NCBI GenBank assembly: GCA_013265495.1
Contig: MU058423.1
Location: 2,867,061 to 2,931,060 of the forward strand
Source of the DNA: Vicugna vicugna
Lineage: Eukaryota
DNA: 64,000 nucleotides
Reading direction: 5' to 3'
Shown: positions 23,901 to 32,230 of the stretch, piece after piece
Position numbering within the stretch: position 1 is the stretch's first letter
Layout: every line of letters starts with the position of its first letter
Translations under genes and position numbers: made by a program
Notes under the pieces: generated by a model
Told to the model about the DNA's origin: nothing
The model's database searches: none
Seen by the model: only the letters and a program-made list of their open reading frames with translations

Positions 23901-25829
23901 GGTGATGACACTGTGGGCATCACGGTCTACGGCCGACACTGTCACCACGCTGGTGCCCACAGCTGCGTCCTCATTGAGCCGCACTGTGTACTCTGGTTGG
24001 GTAAAAGTCGGGTTGTTGTCATTGACATCCAAGATGGTCACACTGACACTGGCTGAGGCAGTGAGTGCTGGGGTGCCATGGTCTCGGGCTTCTACTCCAA
24101 AGCTATAGAAATCAACCTCCTCCCGGTCCAGCTCAGCAGCCACGGAGATCCAGCCTGTGCCGTTGTTGATGGTGAAGGGGAAGTCAGGCCCAACCCCGGC
24201 AAGGCGGTATTCCAGGCGGGCATTGTCACCAGCATCAGCATCAATGGCCTGGACATGGAGAACCAGGTAGCCTAAGGGGACACTCTCAAGGACAGTAGCC
24301 TGGAAGGGGGTACTGACGAAGATGGGGGCATTGTCATTGATGTCCAGAACCTGCACTGTCACCAGGCCGGAGACGTTGGAGAGAGGGGGGCGGCCGCCAT
24401 CCTGGGCCCGAACCCTTAGGGTATATTCCTTGGTCGTTTCGTAGTCAAGAGGGCTCACCACGTCCAGAGCCCCAGTCTGGGCATCTAAGTAAAACTGTCC
24501 CCGAGCGTTGCCACTCATGATGCTGTAATGCACCAAGGCGTTGCTGCCCTTGTCTCTATCCGAGGCTGTGACCCGAAGTACCGGGGCTCCCGGGGTCACA
24601 TCCTCCCTCACCTGGACCACATACCGCTTCTCACTGAACTGGGGGGCATTGTCATTATCATCCTCCACAGACAGGAAAACAGCAGCTGTGGCGCTCCGTG
24701 GACCGGGATCCCGACCCTGGTCACTTGCTTCCACCGTCAACTGGTAGGACTCCACCTCTTCCCGATCTACCGGCCCACGGGTTCGGATTACCCCAGAGCG
24801 AGGGTCAATCTCAAAGACTTCAGAGGGGCTGCCCCCAGGCCCCTCCAGCAGGCGGTACAGAATATTGGCATTGGGAGGGGCATCACCATCTGTGGCTCTG
24901 ACAGTGAGAACCTCATAGCCAACCTCCAGGTTCTCCCTAAGGCTCTCCTTGTACTCCTGTTGCTCAAAAACAGGGTCGTGATCATTGGTGTCAGTCACCA
25001 AGATGGTGAGTGTGGCCAGGGCACTGCGTCGGGGCATGCCATGATCCTGTGCTGTGACCCTGAAGACATGGGTGCTCTTGGTCTCACGATCCAGCTCCTC
25101 GGCTGTGGTTACTGCACCAGTGATTGGGTCCAGGGAGAAGAAATGGTTGGAGCGGCTATCGAAGAGGGCATCCATGGTGTACTCAAGCCGACCTGCCTCA
25201 CCCTCATCAGGGTCGATGGCTCGCAGAGATGCCACAGGTGTACCAGCTGGCTGGTTCTCGGGCACTGTGGCCTGGTAGCTGGGGGGCTGGAACTGAGGGG
25301 CTGTATTCACGTTCCTTTTCCGACGCCCACCCATGGGCTCTTCTGCTGAGCTTCCCCCTGCCCTGAACCCTGGGGTCTGCACCAGCTTACAGGACTGACA
25401 TCTCAGCCGTGGGGCCTTTAAGCACAGGTGCTCATGGGGCAGGGTAAGCTTGCCCTGTGGGGAAAGGTGGCCTCCAATGCCTAGGAGACGACAGCTCCAG
25501 GGGCAGTCTTCAGGGGCTGGCGGCAGGGGGATGTGAGCCCCGGATTCTGGACACCAGACCCTCAGACCATCGTGATGGGGCACCAGATGGCCAGTCAGTT
25601 CGGTCCCCGCATCCCTGCAGCGGCTGGTATAGAGCCAGAGGTTCGAGGATGAGGCTGGACAGAGCCAACCCACGGGGGAGCAGGCCCCCGAGGAGCCGCG
25701 TCCCCCGGGCCCCAGGGAACGACAGGGTCCCACTTGGTCTCCTAGTAGTGGCGACAGCAGCAGCAGCAGCAGTAGCAGCAGCGGCGGCAGCGGCGTTGGA
25801 AGAGGGGCGCGGGCCGCCGGGCTCCGCAT
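2948..25829 (-). CDS. CELSR2: CELSR2, cadherin EGF LAG seven-pass G-type receptor 2; whole gene, 34 coding exons, 8766 nt, 2921 aa
   Basis: Signal peptide, cadherin repeats, EGF/LamG, HormR, GAIN/GPS (CQCNHM|TSFAVLM), 7TM and a tail ending SGSEFLFFNFLH. All 33 introns are GT-AG and the exon lengths sum to a multiple of 3. Confidence 0.98.
3265..3499 (-). CDS. CELSR2: CELSR2 exon 33 (235 nt)
   Basis: GILKKKCLPTISEK...TVDEDSSGS; donor GA|gtgagt. Confidence 0.95.
3639..3809 (-). CDS. CELSR2: CELSR2 exon 32 (171 nt)
   Basis: DGGLGPGKAPWPGDF...AQPHK; AG/GT. Confidence 0.94.
3937..4128 (-). CDS. CELSR2: CELSR2 exon 31 (192 nt), acidic SE/D motif
   Basis: DPDTDSDSDLSLEDDQSGSYASTHSSDSEEEEEEE; AG/GT. 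Confidence 0.95.
4242..4330 (-). CDS. CELSR2: CELSR2 exon 30 (89 nt)
   Basis: EESTLNPGQGPPGLGDPGGLFLEGQDQQH; AG/GT. Confidence 0.94.
4558..4685 (-). CDS. CELSR2: CELSR2 exon 29 (128 nt)
   Basis: SYNCPSPFTDGRLYQPYGDSAGSL; AG/GT. Confidence 0.94.
5282..5404 (-). CDS. CELSR2: CELSR2 exon 28 (123 nt), TM7
   Basis: GPFIFLSYVVLSKEVRK...TLTS; AG/GT. Confidence 0.95.
5518..5644 (-). CDS. CELSR2: CELSR2 exon 27 (127 nt), TM6
   Basis: SGLRPSFAVLLLLSATWLL...CNCIQ; AG/GT. Confidence 0.95.
5733..5812 (-). CDS. CELSR2: CELSR2 exon 26 (80 nt)
   Basis: MSVFLYILAARASCAAQRQGFEKKGP; AG/GT. Confidence 0.94.
5956..6068 (-). CDS. CELSR2: CELSR2 exon 25 (113 nt)
   Basis: LAVGLDPEGYGNPDFCWLS; AG/GT. Confidence 0.95.
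6405..6579 (-). CDS. CELSR2: CELSR2 exon 24 (175 nt), TM3-4
   Basis: FACTVIAILLHFLYL...GWGVPAFIT; AG/GT. Confidence 0.95.
6883..7083 (-). CDS. CELSR2: CELSR2 exon 23 (201 nt), TM1-2
   Basis: NGEILPLKTLTYVALG...NQADLP; AG/GT. Confidence 0.95.
7198..7324 (-). CDS. CELSR2: CELSR2 exon 22 (127 nt), GPS cleavage site and tethered agonist
   Basis: GGWSARGC...CQCNHMTSFAVLMDVSRRE; AG/GT. Confidence 0.96.
7424..7591 (-). CDS. CELSR2: CELSR2 exon 21 (168 nt)
   Basis: VPKRPIINTPVV...CVFWNHSI; AG/GT. Confidence 0.95.
7743..7923 (-). CDS. CELSR2: CELSR2 exon 20 (181 nt)
   Basis: TPTVVRPAG...YDPDKRSLR; AG/GT. Confidence 0.95.
8009..8137 (-). CDS. CELSR2: CELSR2 exon 19 (129 nt)
   Basis: ISVVRLDKGNFAGAKLPRY; AG/GT. 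Confidence 0.95.
8251..8434 (-). CDS. CELSR2: CELSR2 exon 18 (184 nt)
   Basis: NLLRVGSALLD...IVTPNI; AG/GT. Confidence 0.95.
8926..9135 (-). CDS. CELSR2: CELSR2 exon 17 (210 nt), GAIN
   Basis: AERLQRNESGLD...DVHFTE; AG/GT. Confidence 0.95.
9363..9457 (-). CDS. CELSR2: CELSR2 exon 16 (95 nt)
   Basis: TAVRHCDEHRGWLPPNLFNC; AG/GT. Confidence 0.95.
10185..10286 (-). CDS. CELSR2: CELSR2 exon 15 (102 nt), HormR
   Basis: VNYDSCPRAIEAGIWWPRT; AG/GT. Confidence 0.95.
10461..10644 (-). CDS. CELSR2: CELSR2 exon 14 (184 nt), laminin-EGF
   Basis: ENHYRPPGSPTCLLCDCYP...GCE; AG/GT. Confidence 0.95.
11051..11171 (-). CDS. CELSR2: CELSR2 exon 13 (121 nt)
   Basis: IDQPCPRGWWGHPTCGPCNC; AG/GT. Confidence 0.95.
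11348..11489 (-). CDS. CELSR2: CELSR2 exon 12 (142 nt), EGF
   Basis: YYGDNCTNVCDLNPCEHH...YCET; AG/GT. Confidence 0.95.
11705..11879 (-). CDS. CELSR2: CELSR2 exon 11 (175 nt)
   Basis: GVRVSETPEG...PCDSNPCPANSYC; AG/GT. Confidence 0.95.
11962..12249 (-). CDS. CELSR2: CELSR2 exon 10 (288 nt)
   Basis: LREGHVVLSVEG...GFRGCLQ; AG/GT. Confidence 0.95.
12510..12676 (-). CDS. CELSR2: CELSR2 exon 9 (167 nt)
   Basis: EMANPQRFLGSS...STITLQ; AG/GT. Confidence 0.95.
13039..13164 (-). CDS. CELSR2: CELSR2 exon 8 (126 nt), EGF
   Basis: CPAKKNVCDSNTCHNGGTC; AG/GT. Confidence 0.95.
13314..13477 (-). CDS. CELSR2: CELSR2 exon 7 (164 nt)
   Basis: SLDLTGPLLLGGVP...FIANNGTVP; AG/GT. Confidence 0.95.
13863..14020 (-). 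CDS. CELSR2: CELSR2 exon 6 (158 nt)
   Basis: PLLGQTGLPQGPSEQK...GGSKK; AG/GT. Confidence 0.95.
14424..14512 (-). CDS. CELSR2: CELSR2 exon 5 (89 nt)
   Basis: ESTTTVSPFVPGGVSDGQWHTVQLKYYNK; AG/GT. Confidence 0.95.
14688..14803 (-). CDS. CELSR2: CELSR2 exon 4 (116 nt), LamG
   Basis: FATKERDGLLLYNGRFNEKHDF; AG/GT. Confidence 0.95.
15204..15426 (-). CDS. CELSR2: CELSR2 exon 3 (223 nt)
   Basis: EHCEVSARSGRCTPGVC...FHFTLALS; AG/GT. Confidence 0.96.
15747..16672 (+). repeat. Dispersed direct repeat of about 85 bp (15747-15830 and 16588-16672)
   Basis: Shared core gtgcgagggctaccaagcaagctt(g/a)ggggtgttctggcccctg. Confidence 0.9.
17005..17190 (-). mobile_element. MIR SINE
   Basis: taatcctcacaac...aggcacagagaggttaagtaatttgcccaaggtcacacagcta (MIR core). 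Confidence 0.85.
17394..18041 (-). CDS. CELSR2: CELSR2 exon 2 (648 nt), membrane-proximal region and EGF repeats
   Basis: acag|ACGGCGTG...TACACGG|gtgag; CLREPCENYMRC, CYSRPCGPHGRC. Confidence 0.97.
22523..25829 (-). CDS. CELSR2: CELSR2 exon 1 (3307 nt): signal peptide, prodomain, furin site RRKR (25314-25325), cadherin repeats
   Basis: 1108-aa ORF MRSPAARAP with DxNDNxP/LDRE/LDYE cadherin motifs; donor TCAG|gtaag. Confidence 0.98.
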
Positions 25830-26510
25830 CTCTCCCTGTTCCCGGCCGGCCGGGTCAACGGCGGCGGCGGCTCCTCCTCCCGCTCCTGCCGGCCCCGCCG
25901 CGCCTCATGCCCAGGCCCGGGCGCCAGTCCCCGGGGGCCACTCGTGCGCCTCGCGGGGCCTGCTCCTTGATGCCTCAGCCGGGCCGGGCGCTGCGCTCTC
26001 GGACGCGCCCGGGGTCCCACCGGTCCCCGAAGCGGGCCAGGGCCCGGATCACCCCAACCACCACAGGCTGCGCCGCGCCTCCACTCACACACCCGCCTCT
26101 CGCCACCTGCGCCCGCGGGCCCCTCGCGCCCTTGGCCCTGCTGGCCCCGCGATCTCCGGAGTGCCCCTTGCTCCCCGTGAGATAGCCCACCTGTGCCCGC
26201 AGAGCTGCGCACCGAGACCCCGGCCTGGCCCCGGACACCACCGACGGTCCCGCGCCGCCCGCTCGTGCCCCGCGTCCCCGCCGCCGCTGCTGCTGTCGCC
26301 GCGGCCCCGGGCCCAGCCCCACGCTCCCTCGCCTCGGCGGGCGGGCAAGCTCTGCAGAGCGGCGGCGGCGGCGGCGGCTCATTACCATAGACCTGCTCGC
26401 GCCGCCGCCGCCTTAAAGTGGCGACGCCAGCCGCACCAAAGGAGGTGGGCCCCACCCAGCGCCCTCCTCTGCACCTCTTCCGCAGTGCTCTAGAATTCGC
26501 GCTGTCCAGA
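25600..26510 (-). promoter_or_regulatory. CELSR2 CpG-island promoter and 5'UTR with GCC repeats
   Basis: Very GC/CpG-rich; (GCG)n at about 26358-26377; TATA-like TTTAAG at about 26412-26417 (-). Confidence 0.85.
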
Positions 26511-29500
26511 TCCCCCCCTTCCTCATCCCAGTTCCATCCTAGGCCTGCCGCTGGGCCGGTGCCAGATCCCTACAACAATCTAGAGAGGAATTAACGATCA
26601 GAAGCCAGTCAGTGAGCGCTAATAATGATAGTACTACTCTAAATATGCTTAGAGATTTTCAAAACATTTTGAAGGGCTCTCAGGGGCCAAGTGCACACCG
26701 CACACCATCCAAAAAGGCTGCATGCTGCTAGCTGCTGCTAAGAGTCCTTGTTGCTGTCCACGCTGACCAGTCTGGGACAGGCCAAGCTAAAATGGCCCTG
26801 CTTAATTGTATGAAGCCTCCCTCATATCCCAGAGGAGACACCTCGTTTCCTTGGGAACACACAGTGAGGTCCTGATCCCCCCTCCCCAACAAGGATCGAA
26901 TCAGGCTGCCTCTTGGGGTTTAGCTGCAGAATGCAGTGCAGAATGACCCCAGCCTCAACCTGGATACCACCTGGCCTTTTCTCAGGGAGGTTAGCTGGGG
27001 GTGTCAGAGCAAAAGTCACTTAATATACGCAGGTTCTGAGACCCAGGGAGGGTGAAACTTGCACAGCGTCACCAGGCTGGCTAGGGGTGGAGCCAGCTTT
27101 TAACAAGGCTTCTCGGGTCCTAGACCAGTGGTTTTCACTGCCCCAAAGGGCCTCCTGTCTCCCTTCTCTTGCCCTGTTTCTTCTTCCCCATCCATGTCCA
27201 GCTGGAGACCCTTCAGCTTTGTGACAGCAAACACCCTTGCTGGGTCAACAGGGCTCTGGAACCTCTTCACAGCGCAGGGCTAGACCTGCCACTTGAAGGG
27301 GTGTGGGAGATTCCAGGAGTTCTGGGGGGAGGTCCAGGTGAGGAAGCTGGACCTTGAAGAAGAGCCAGGCAAGGGAGATGAAGGGTGAGCCAAAGGGGCT
27401 TCCCTCTCTCATACCCCAGCAGGGGTGGGGGAGGGTGGGCCTAGGGCCAACTGTGTGAGCAGCAAGGGGCAGGGGTGGGTGGGATGAGGGCTGGCCTAGG
27501 GAGGAAACCAGGGCTTTTTTAGTCCCTGCCCACCAGCCTCTAGATGTGTGACTTCAGTCAAATGCTTGTGCCTCAGTTTCCTTTTGTAAAATGAGGGGAT
27601 TGAATAAACTCAATAATTTCAAAATTTTATTGAGTGGTAGAATCCTTTTTTGAAATGATCTCTAAAGTAGAAGCCCAGGCTATAAACCAGATAAAAGCAG
27701 TGCTGCCGGGTTGAAGTGAGAGTCAGGGTCTTGCTGCATCTCTGCTGCTCCCCAGCCAGGAAATCTCTGGGCCACCCTGTGGAGTTTGAGGGTCTGGAGG
27801 AACCCAGTTTGAAAAGCACTGAGTAGGCGCTCCCTTCCAACACTGCACTCCGGTCACAGCAGTGTCACTCTCACTGGGTCACAGCAGAGGAACTGTGTAT
27901 CCCCTCTTAGGGACCCCAGGCCCAAGGAACTTCTGTGTGATCACACGGTGATGCCAAGAATGAGAAATCAGCTTTCCTCTTTCTCCCCAGGGGCAAAGGA
28001 AGGAGATAGGCTTTGGAGACAGCAGGTGGGATTTGGGTTACACTATACTCCTGGCAGTGGTGGAGGACGAGATAAGGAGAAAGAAGTGAGCGGAGGACCC
28101 GTGGCTCAGGAAAGTGCACTCTCCTCTGACTGAAGACAAACTGTCTTCCTTTGGACAAGGCCAAGGGCCGCTCCAGAGATGGCACTGTGGCTTCAGTGGC
28201 CTTCCCGAGGCTCTGCCTCTCCAGACTTCCTTTGACTCTGTGTGTTGGGAGGATCTACGGGCTGCATGGGCATTTTGCTCTTCACCTAATAGCCATGTGG
28301 CGCGGAGGATGCTTAGAAATTATACCATCTGTTAATTATCCTTTGAATTGGGGTTGTGTAATGAGACTCTCATTTCTGCTGCAGGCCCAAGCCAACACAT
28401 GGAGAAACTGCAGTCCTCCATTCATCTCTCTCTCCTTTTGTACTAAAATAAGCTCGCTGGGTGGGAGAGCACAGGGAACTTGAATCTGGAGCCTAGCGCC
28501 ACTGAGGCTGTGCGGGCACAGGAAGCCCCCTTCCAGGCCAGTGGCCTTTCTGCCCAAGGACAGACAGGTTGAGGATCTAAGGATCCCTTCCCTTCATCTC
28601 TAGGCATGTTGGGCAAATAGTCCTTAATTGTCTCCCCATCCTGCCCCCAGGGGCACAAGACAGCACTGTGTCCCCAGGCCACTCACCCCCTTAGCTACTT
28701 CACCCTCCCAAAAGCAGGAAGGAAACTTGCAAGTCTCCTATGCATCAACCTAGTCTCAACCTAGGGCTTGCCCTGGCGGTGTCCCCCTTGATCCCTAGGA
28801 GAAGGCCTGCCTATTTCGTGAACTTTCCAGCTTAAGGAAAATTTAGACCGCTCTTCTACATGGGCGAAAAGCAGGTGTGGCAAGATCCTGCAGTCTGTAC
28901 AAAGGGAACCTACTGCTCTCCTGGGCCAAACCTGGGGAGGGAAGGGAGCGACAGCGGGAGCCCAGGGCTGTCCTCCAGGTCCCAAGGGACTTCCTTACCC
29001 AGGCTCTTTCCTGAGAGTCTCCCAGGCCTATGGAGAGTACACATTTACATAAGACTTGGCTCTCCACTGAACAGGGTGGCCTGGGTGAAGTGCTTCAGGA
29101 GCAATAGAAACAGAAAAGGTTAAAGGAATTCAGAGGAGGGAGCAGTGAGGGTTGAGGAAATCTCAGACGGCCTCTTGGAGGAGGGAAGACTTGGCTTGCC
29201 TCTTGAAGAATCAGGAACTGCATTCCTGGCCTGAGGAATTCATCAGCCAACTCATTTCACCTACAGGTGAAGGGTCTTCTCCAAGGCTCCCGATTAAGTA
29301 ATATAAACTATGAATGATTGAATTGGGTCACCTTGGCTGAACTCCAGATTGGGGGAGGGGGGTGTTGTGGCCCTGCACAATGGAGGACCGGACAGGACCA
29401 CATTGGGAAAAACCTGTGGGCTGAAATTCTGGGACAAATAGCCTGCTTGGAAGGAGGGGGAGGGAGGGAGGCTGCTGATGGCAGAGGTCAAAGTGACCTT

Positions 29501-29929
29501 CGGTGGGTGGGTAGGGCAGTTTCTCTGTCAGGAGAGAGAGGTGGGGAGAGGCTGGGGCTGCTGATCCAGTTTCTGGACTCGATGTTGCTTTATAAAGGGC
29601 ACAGAAAGGGGGAGGGAAGTCTGGCCATGGGGAGCTGCTCTGGGACTTGGTTGTGGGGAGGGAATGGAAGGGACCAGAAGCTAGTAGCCCTGGGCAGGCC
29701 AGGACCTGAGTGTCCTCCTGTCCACACTCACCCATGTGCCCAGTCTGCTGCCTCACACTTTTCTTTGCAGCTGGAGGGTGTGCACCTTGAGGGTGGGGCT
29801 CTGTTGTCTCTGGCCCCCAACTCCACGCCTGGGTTGTGTGGATTGTTCATGGAGTTGCTTCTCCTCCACGCCCGTCTCCACTCAGCAGCCTAAGGAATCT
29901 TTTCATTTTAAAATTAATAGACAGTTTTT

Positions 29930-30460
29930 AGACTTAAAACAGTCTCTCTCCATTTTTAAATTTTGAAAGATGTCAAGGATTCAGAAAAATTGCCAAAATG
30001 ATAACAATGCAGCCGCGGATACTCACCACTTAGATTCAATTATTGTTGACACTCTGCTCTCTGTTTTAGGAGAACCAAGTAAAAGTAAAAGTGAGGTGCC
30101 AACACCATGGGGCCTCAACCCTCTGCCCCTCGGCGAGCAGTGCCCGAGAATCAGAGCCCCACAGGACCGCTGCCACGCCAGGAGCGCGAGTGACCATGCC
30201 TGGTATCATCTAATGTCCGGTCCGATTCAAATTCCTTACTGTCCCTCAAAGGTTCTTTGACAGCTGTACTTTCAACCCCAGTTTACGAATTATACTGGGT
30301 CATATGTCACTTTAGTTTCCTTCCTTCATTGCCTCCTTCCTTTTCTCTCTTCTCCTTCTCCTTCTCCTACTTCTTCTTTTTCTGTCGTATTGACTGTTTA
30401 TAAAGTCCATGCTAGTTTTCTTGTTGAATGTGCCACATTCTGGATTTTTCTGATGAAAGA
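29930..30460 (-). mobile_element. Old L1M-type LINE 3' fragment
   Basis: Degenerate L1MC-like motifs (ttcaaattcc...tgtccc; ttgttgaatgtgccacattctggattt). Confidence 0.5.
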
Positions 30461-30499
30461 ACCCCTCACGCTGTCCTTCGCGGAATAATACTGCAAAAG

Positions 30500-30920
30500 T
30501 CTGAATCTGAGCCCGGTGGTCCCTTCCTAAAAACCTTGCACTGGGCTTTTCAGTTGTGCCTTGAATAAAAGCCAACTTCCTTATAATGGGTCCACAGTGC
30601 CCTGTATGGAGGGGCCTGGCCTCTTCTTACCCCTCCCCCTTCACTCTGTTCTGGGCATCTTGGCTTCCTTCCATCTGTTGAATATGGCAGTCTTAAATGT
30701 CCCCTCCTGTAAGGCATGTATTGCAATTTGTAATTACATAAAGTATCTATTTGTTAATGTACTTGGCTAACATCTGTCTTGCTCACTGGCAGTAAGTTCC
30801 AGGAGCACGGAGAACACGTTTGCCTTAAATACCTAGTTAGTACCTAGCATGGCACCTGATACACAGTAGGCAATCAGCAAATATTGAATGAATATTGATC
30901 AAATGAATGGATGGATGGAT
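30500..30920 (+). mobile_element. L2 LINE 3' end
   Basis: tacctagcatggcacctgatacacagtaggcaatcagcaaatattgaatgaat tail. Confidence 0.7.
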
Positions 30921-31384
30921 GGCACCTAGGGGTGACCAGGTGTCCCTCCATTCCTTGAACTACCATCTGGATGGTTAGTTGGGTCTCCAGGCTTCTCTTT
31001 GGGCATCCCTGAACTCATTCACTTTAATCACAAAACTGTATTCCCAATGCCAGCTGCAGCCAGGAGTAGTCGACCTGATGTCCCAGCCAAGATAGATAGA
31101 CTTTCTCTGGGACTCAAAAGATGACATTGGCTGCCTTGGCCCATGTCAGTTTCAGCCTACAGTGCCAGCAGTGTTTACTAAGGGTGGCTCAATGGGGCCA
31201 GCATTCAATACTGATGCACAGTCCATCTAAGATCCAGCTGAGATCATTTTTGGCTCCTGAGCACAGAGGGGAAGAGATGGAGTCTGGGGCTGAGCTACGA
31301 GCAGCAAATCCCAAAACAACATCTGCAATAACTTACTTTAGCTGATCAGAGCAGGCAGAGGAGAGAGCCCTCTCTGGCCTCAGT

Positions 31385-32230
31385 CATGCTCCAGGCACTG
31401 GGCTAGGCGTGAGAGGTACACAAATGAACAAGACTGACCTCAAGGAGCAACCAGTCTAATGTGGACAGAGATAAATGCTGTATAGAGCCATATTCATTAG
31501 AATCTCTGTGTGAAAGTGGGAAAAGTTAGGGAAGGCTGTGTAAAGGAGGCGGCATTTGAACCAACTTGAAGGGGAAGGAGGAATTCTGCAAACAGGCAGG
31601 AGGAAAGGCATCCGGGCAGAGGGAACAGCATGAGCAGATACAGAGGGTGCAATGCATGGTCAGTGCTGGGAGAGGTGAGTAGTCCCCTGGGGCTGGAGCT
31701 GGGCTCACAGTAGAGTCAAGAACAGAAGAAAAACCTGCTAATCTGAACTGTAGCCACAGTTTGATGAATCTGGATCCGGCTGAGAAGTCTGAATTTTATT
31801 TGGTAAGTTGAGGGAGCCATCTGAAGCATTTTGGCAGGAGAGGGCACGACTGTGGCTGCACCCGGAGGGCCTGGGGTCTGGCAGACCAGCAGGAGGTGGT
31901 TGTAACAGCCCAGGAGGAGGAGGAAGAGGCTGCCAAGGGAGCCAATCTGAGTGACTCAGTGAGACTGTGTGAGGTTGGCTGCCAGGGCAGAGGGGAGGGT
32001 GGGCAGGGTGACTCCTAGGTGTCTGATTTGGGTGCCTGAATAGCCAAAGGAAAGTGGTGGGTAGAGGATCAGATAGGAAGTTAGACTTTGGACTTCTGGG
32101 TTTGGATCCTGGTAGAGATGCTCAATGTGTGTTGGGGATAGGTGGGCTGCTTGACGAAAGACCAGATTTGGGGTGTAGAGTAGGAGAGTATGCAAAGAAA
32201 GGGCAGTGAGGGGCAAGAGCCCCTGGGATC
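31385..32230 (-). mobile_element. L2 LINE fragment
   Basis: ccaggcactgggctagg...gggcagagggaacagcatgagcaga...gggagccat: typical antisense L2 motifs. Confidence 0.6.

Noticed and set aside
24528..25349. 273-aa plus-strand ORF and neighbouring antisense ORFs
   Set aside because: Antisense frames of CELSR2 exon 1, expected from codon bias.
25457..26493. Several 110-240 aa Arg/Pro/Ala/Gly-rich ORFs on both strands
   Set aside because: Stop-codon depletion in a CpG island, low complexity.
27421..27490. G-quadruplex-like G tracts (also about 19390)
   Set aside because: Common in this GC-rich isochore; nothing distinguishing.
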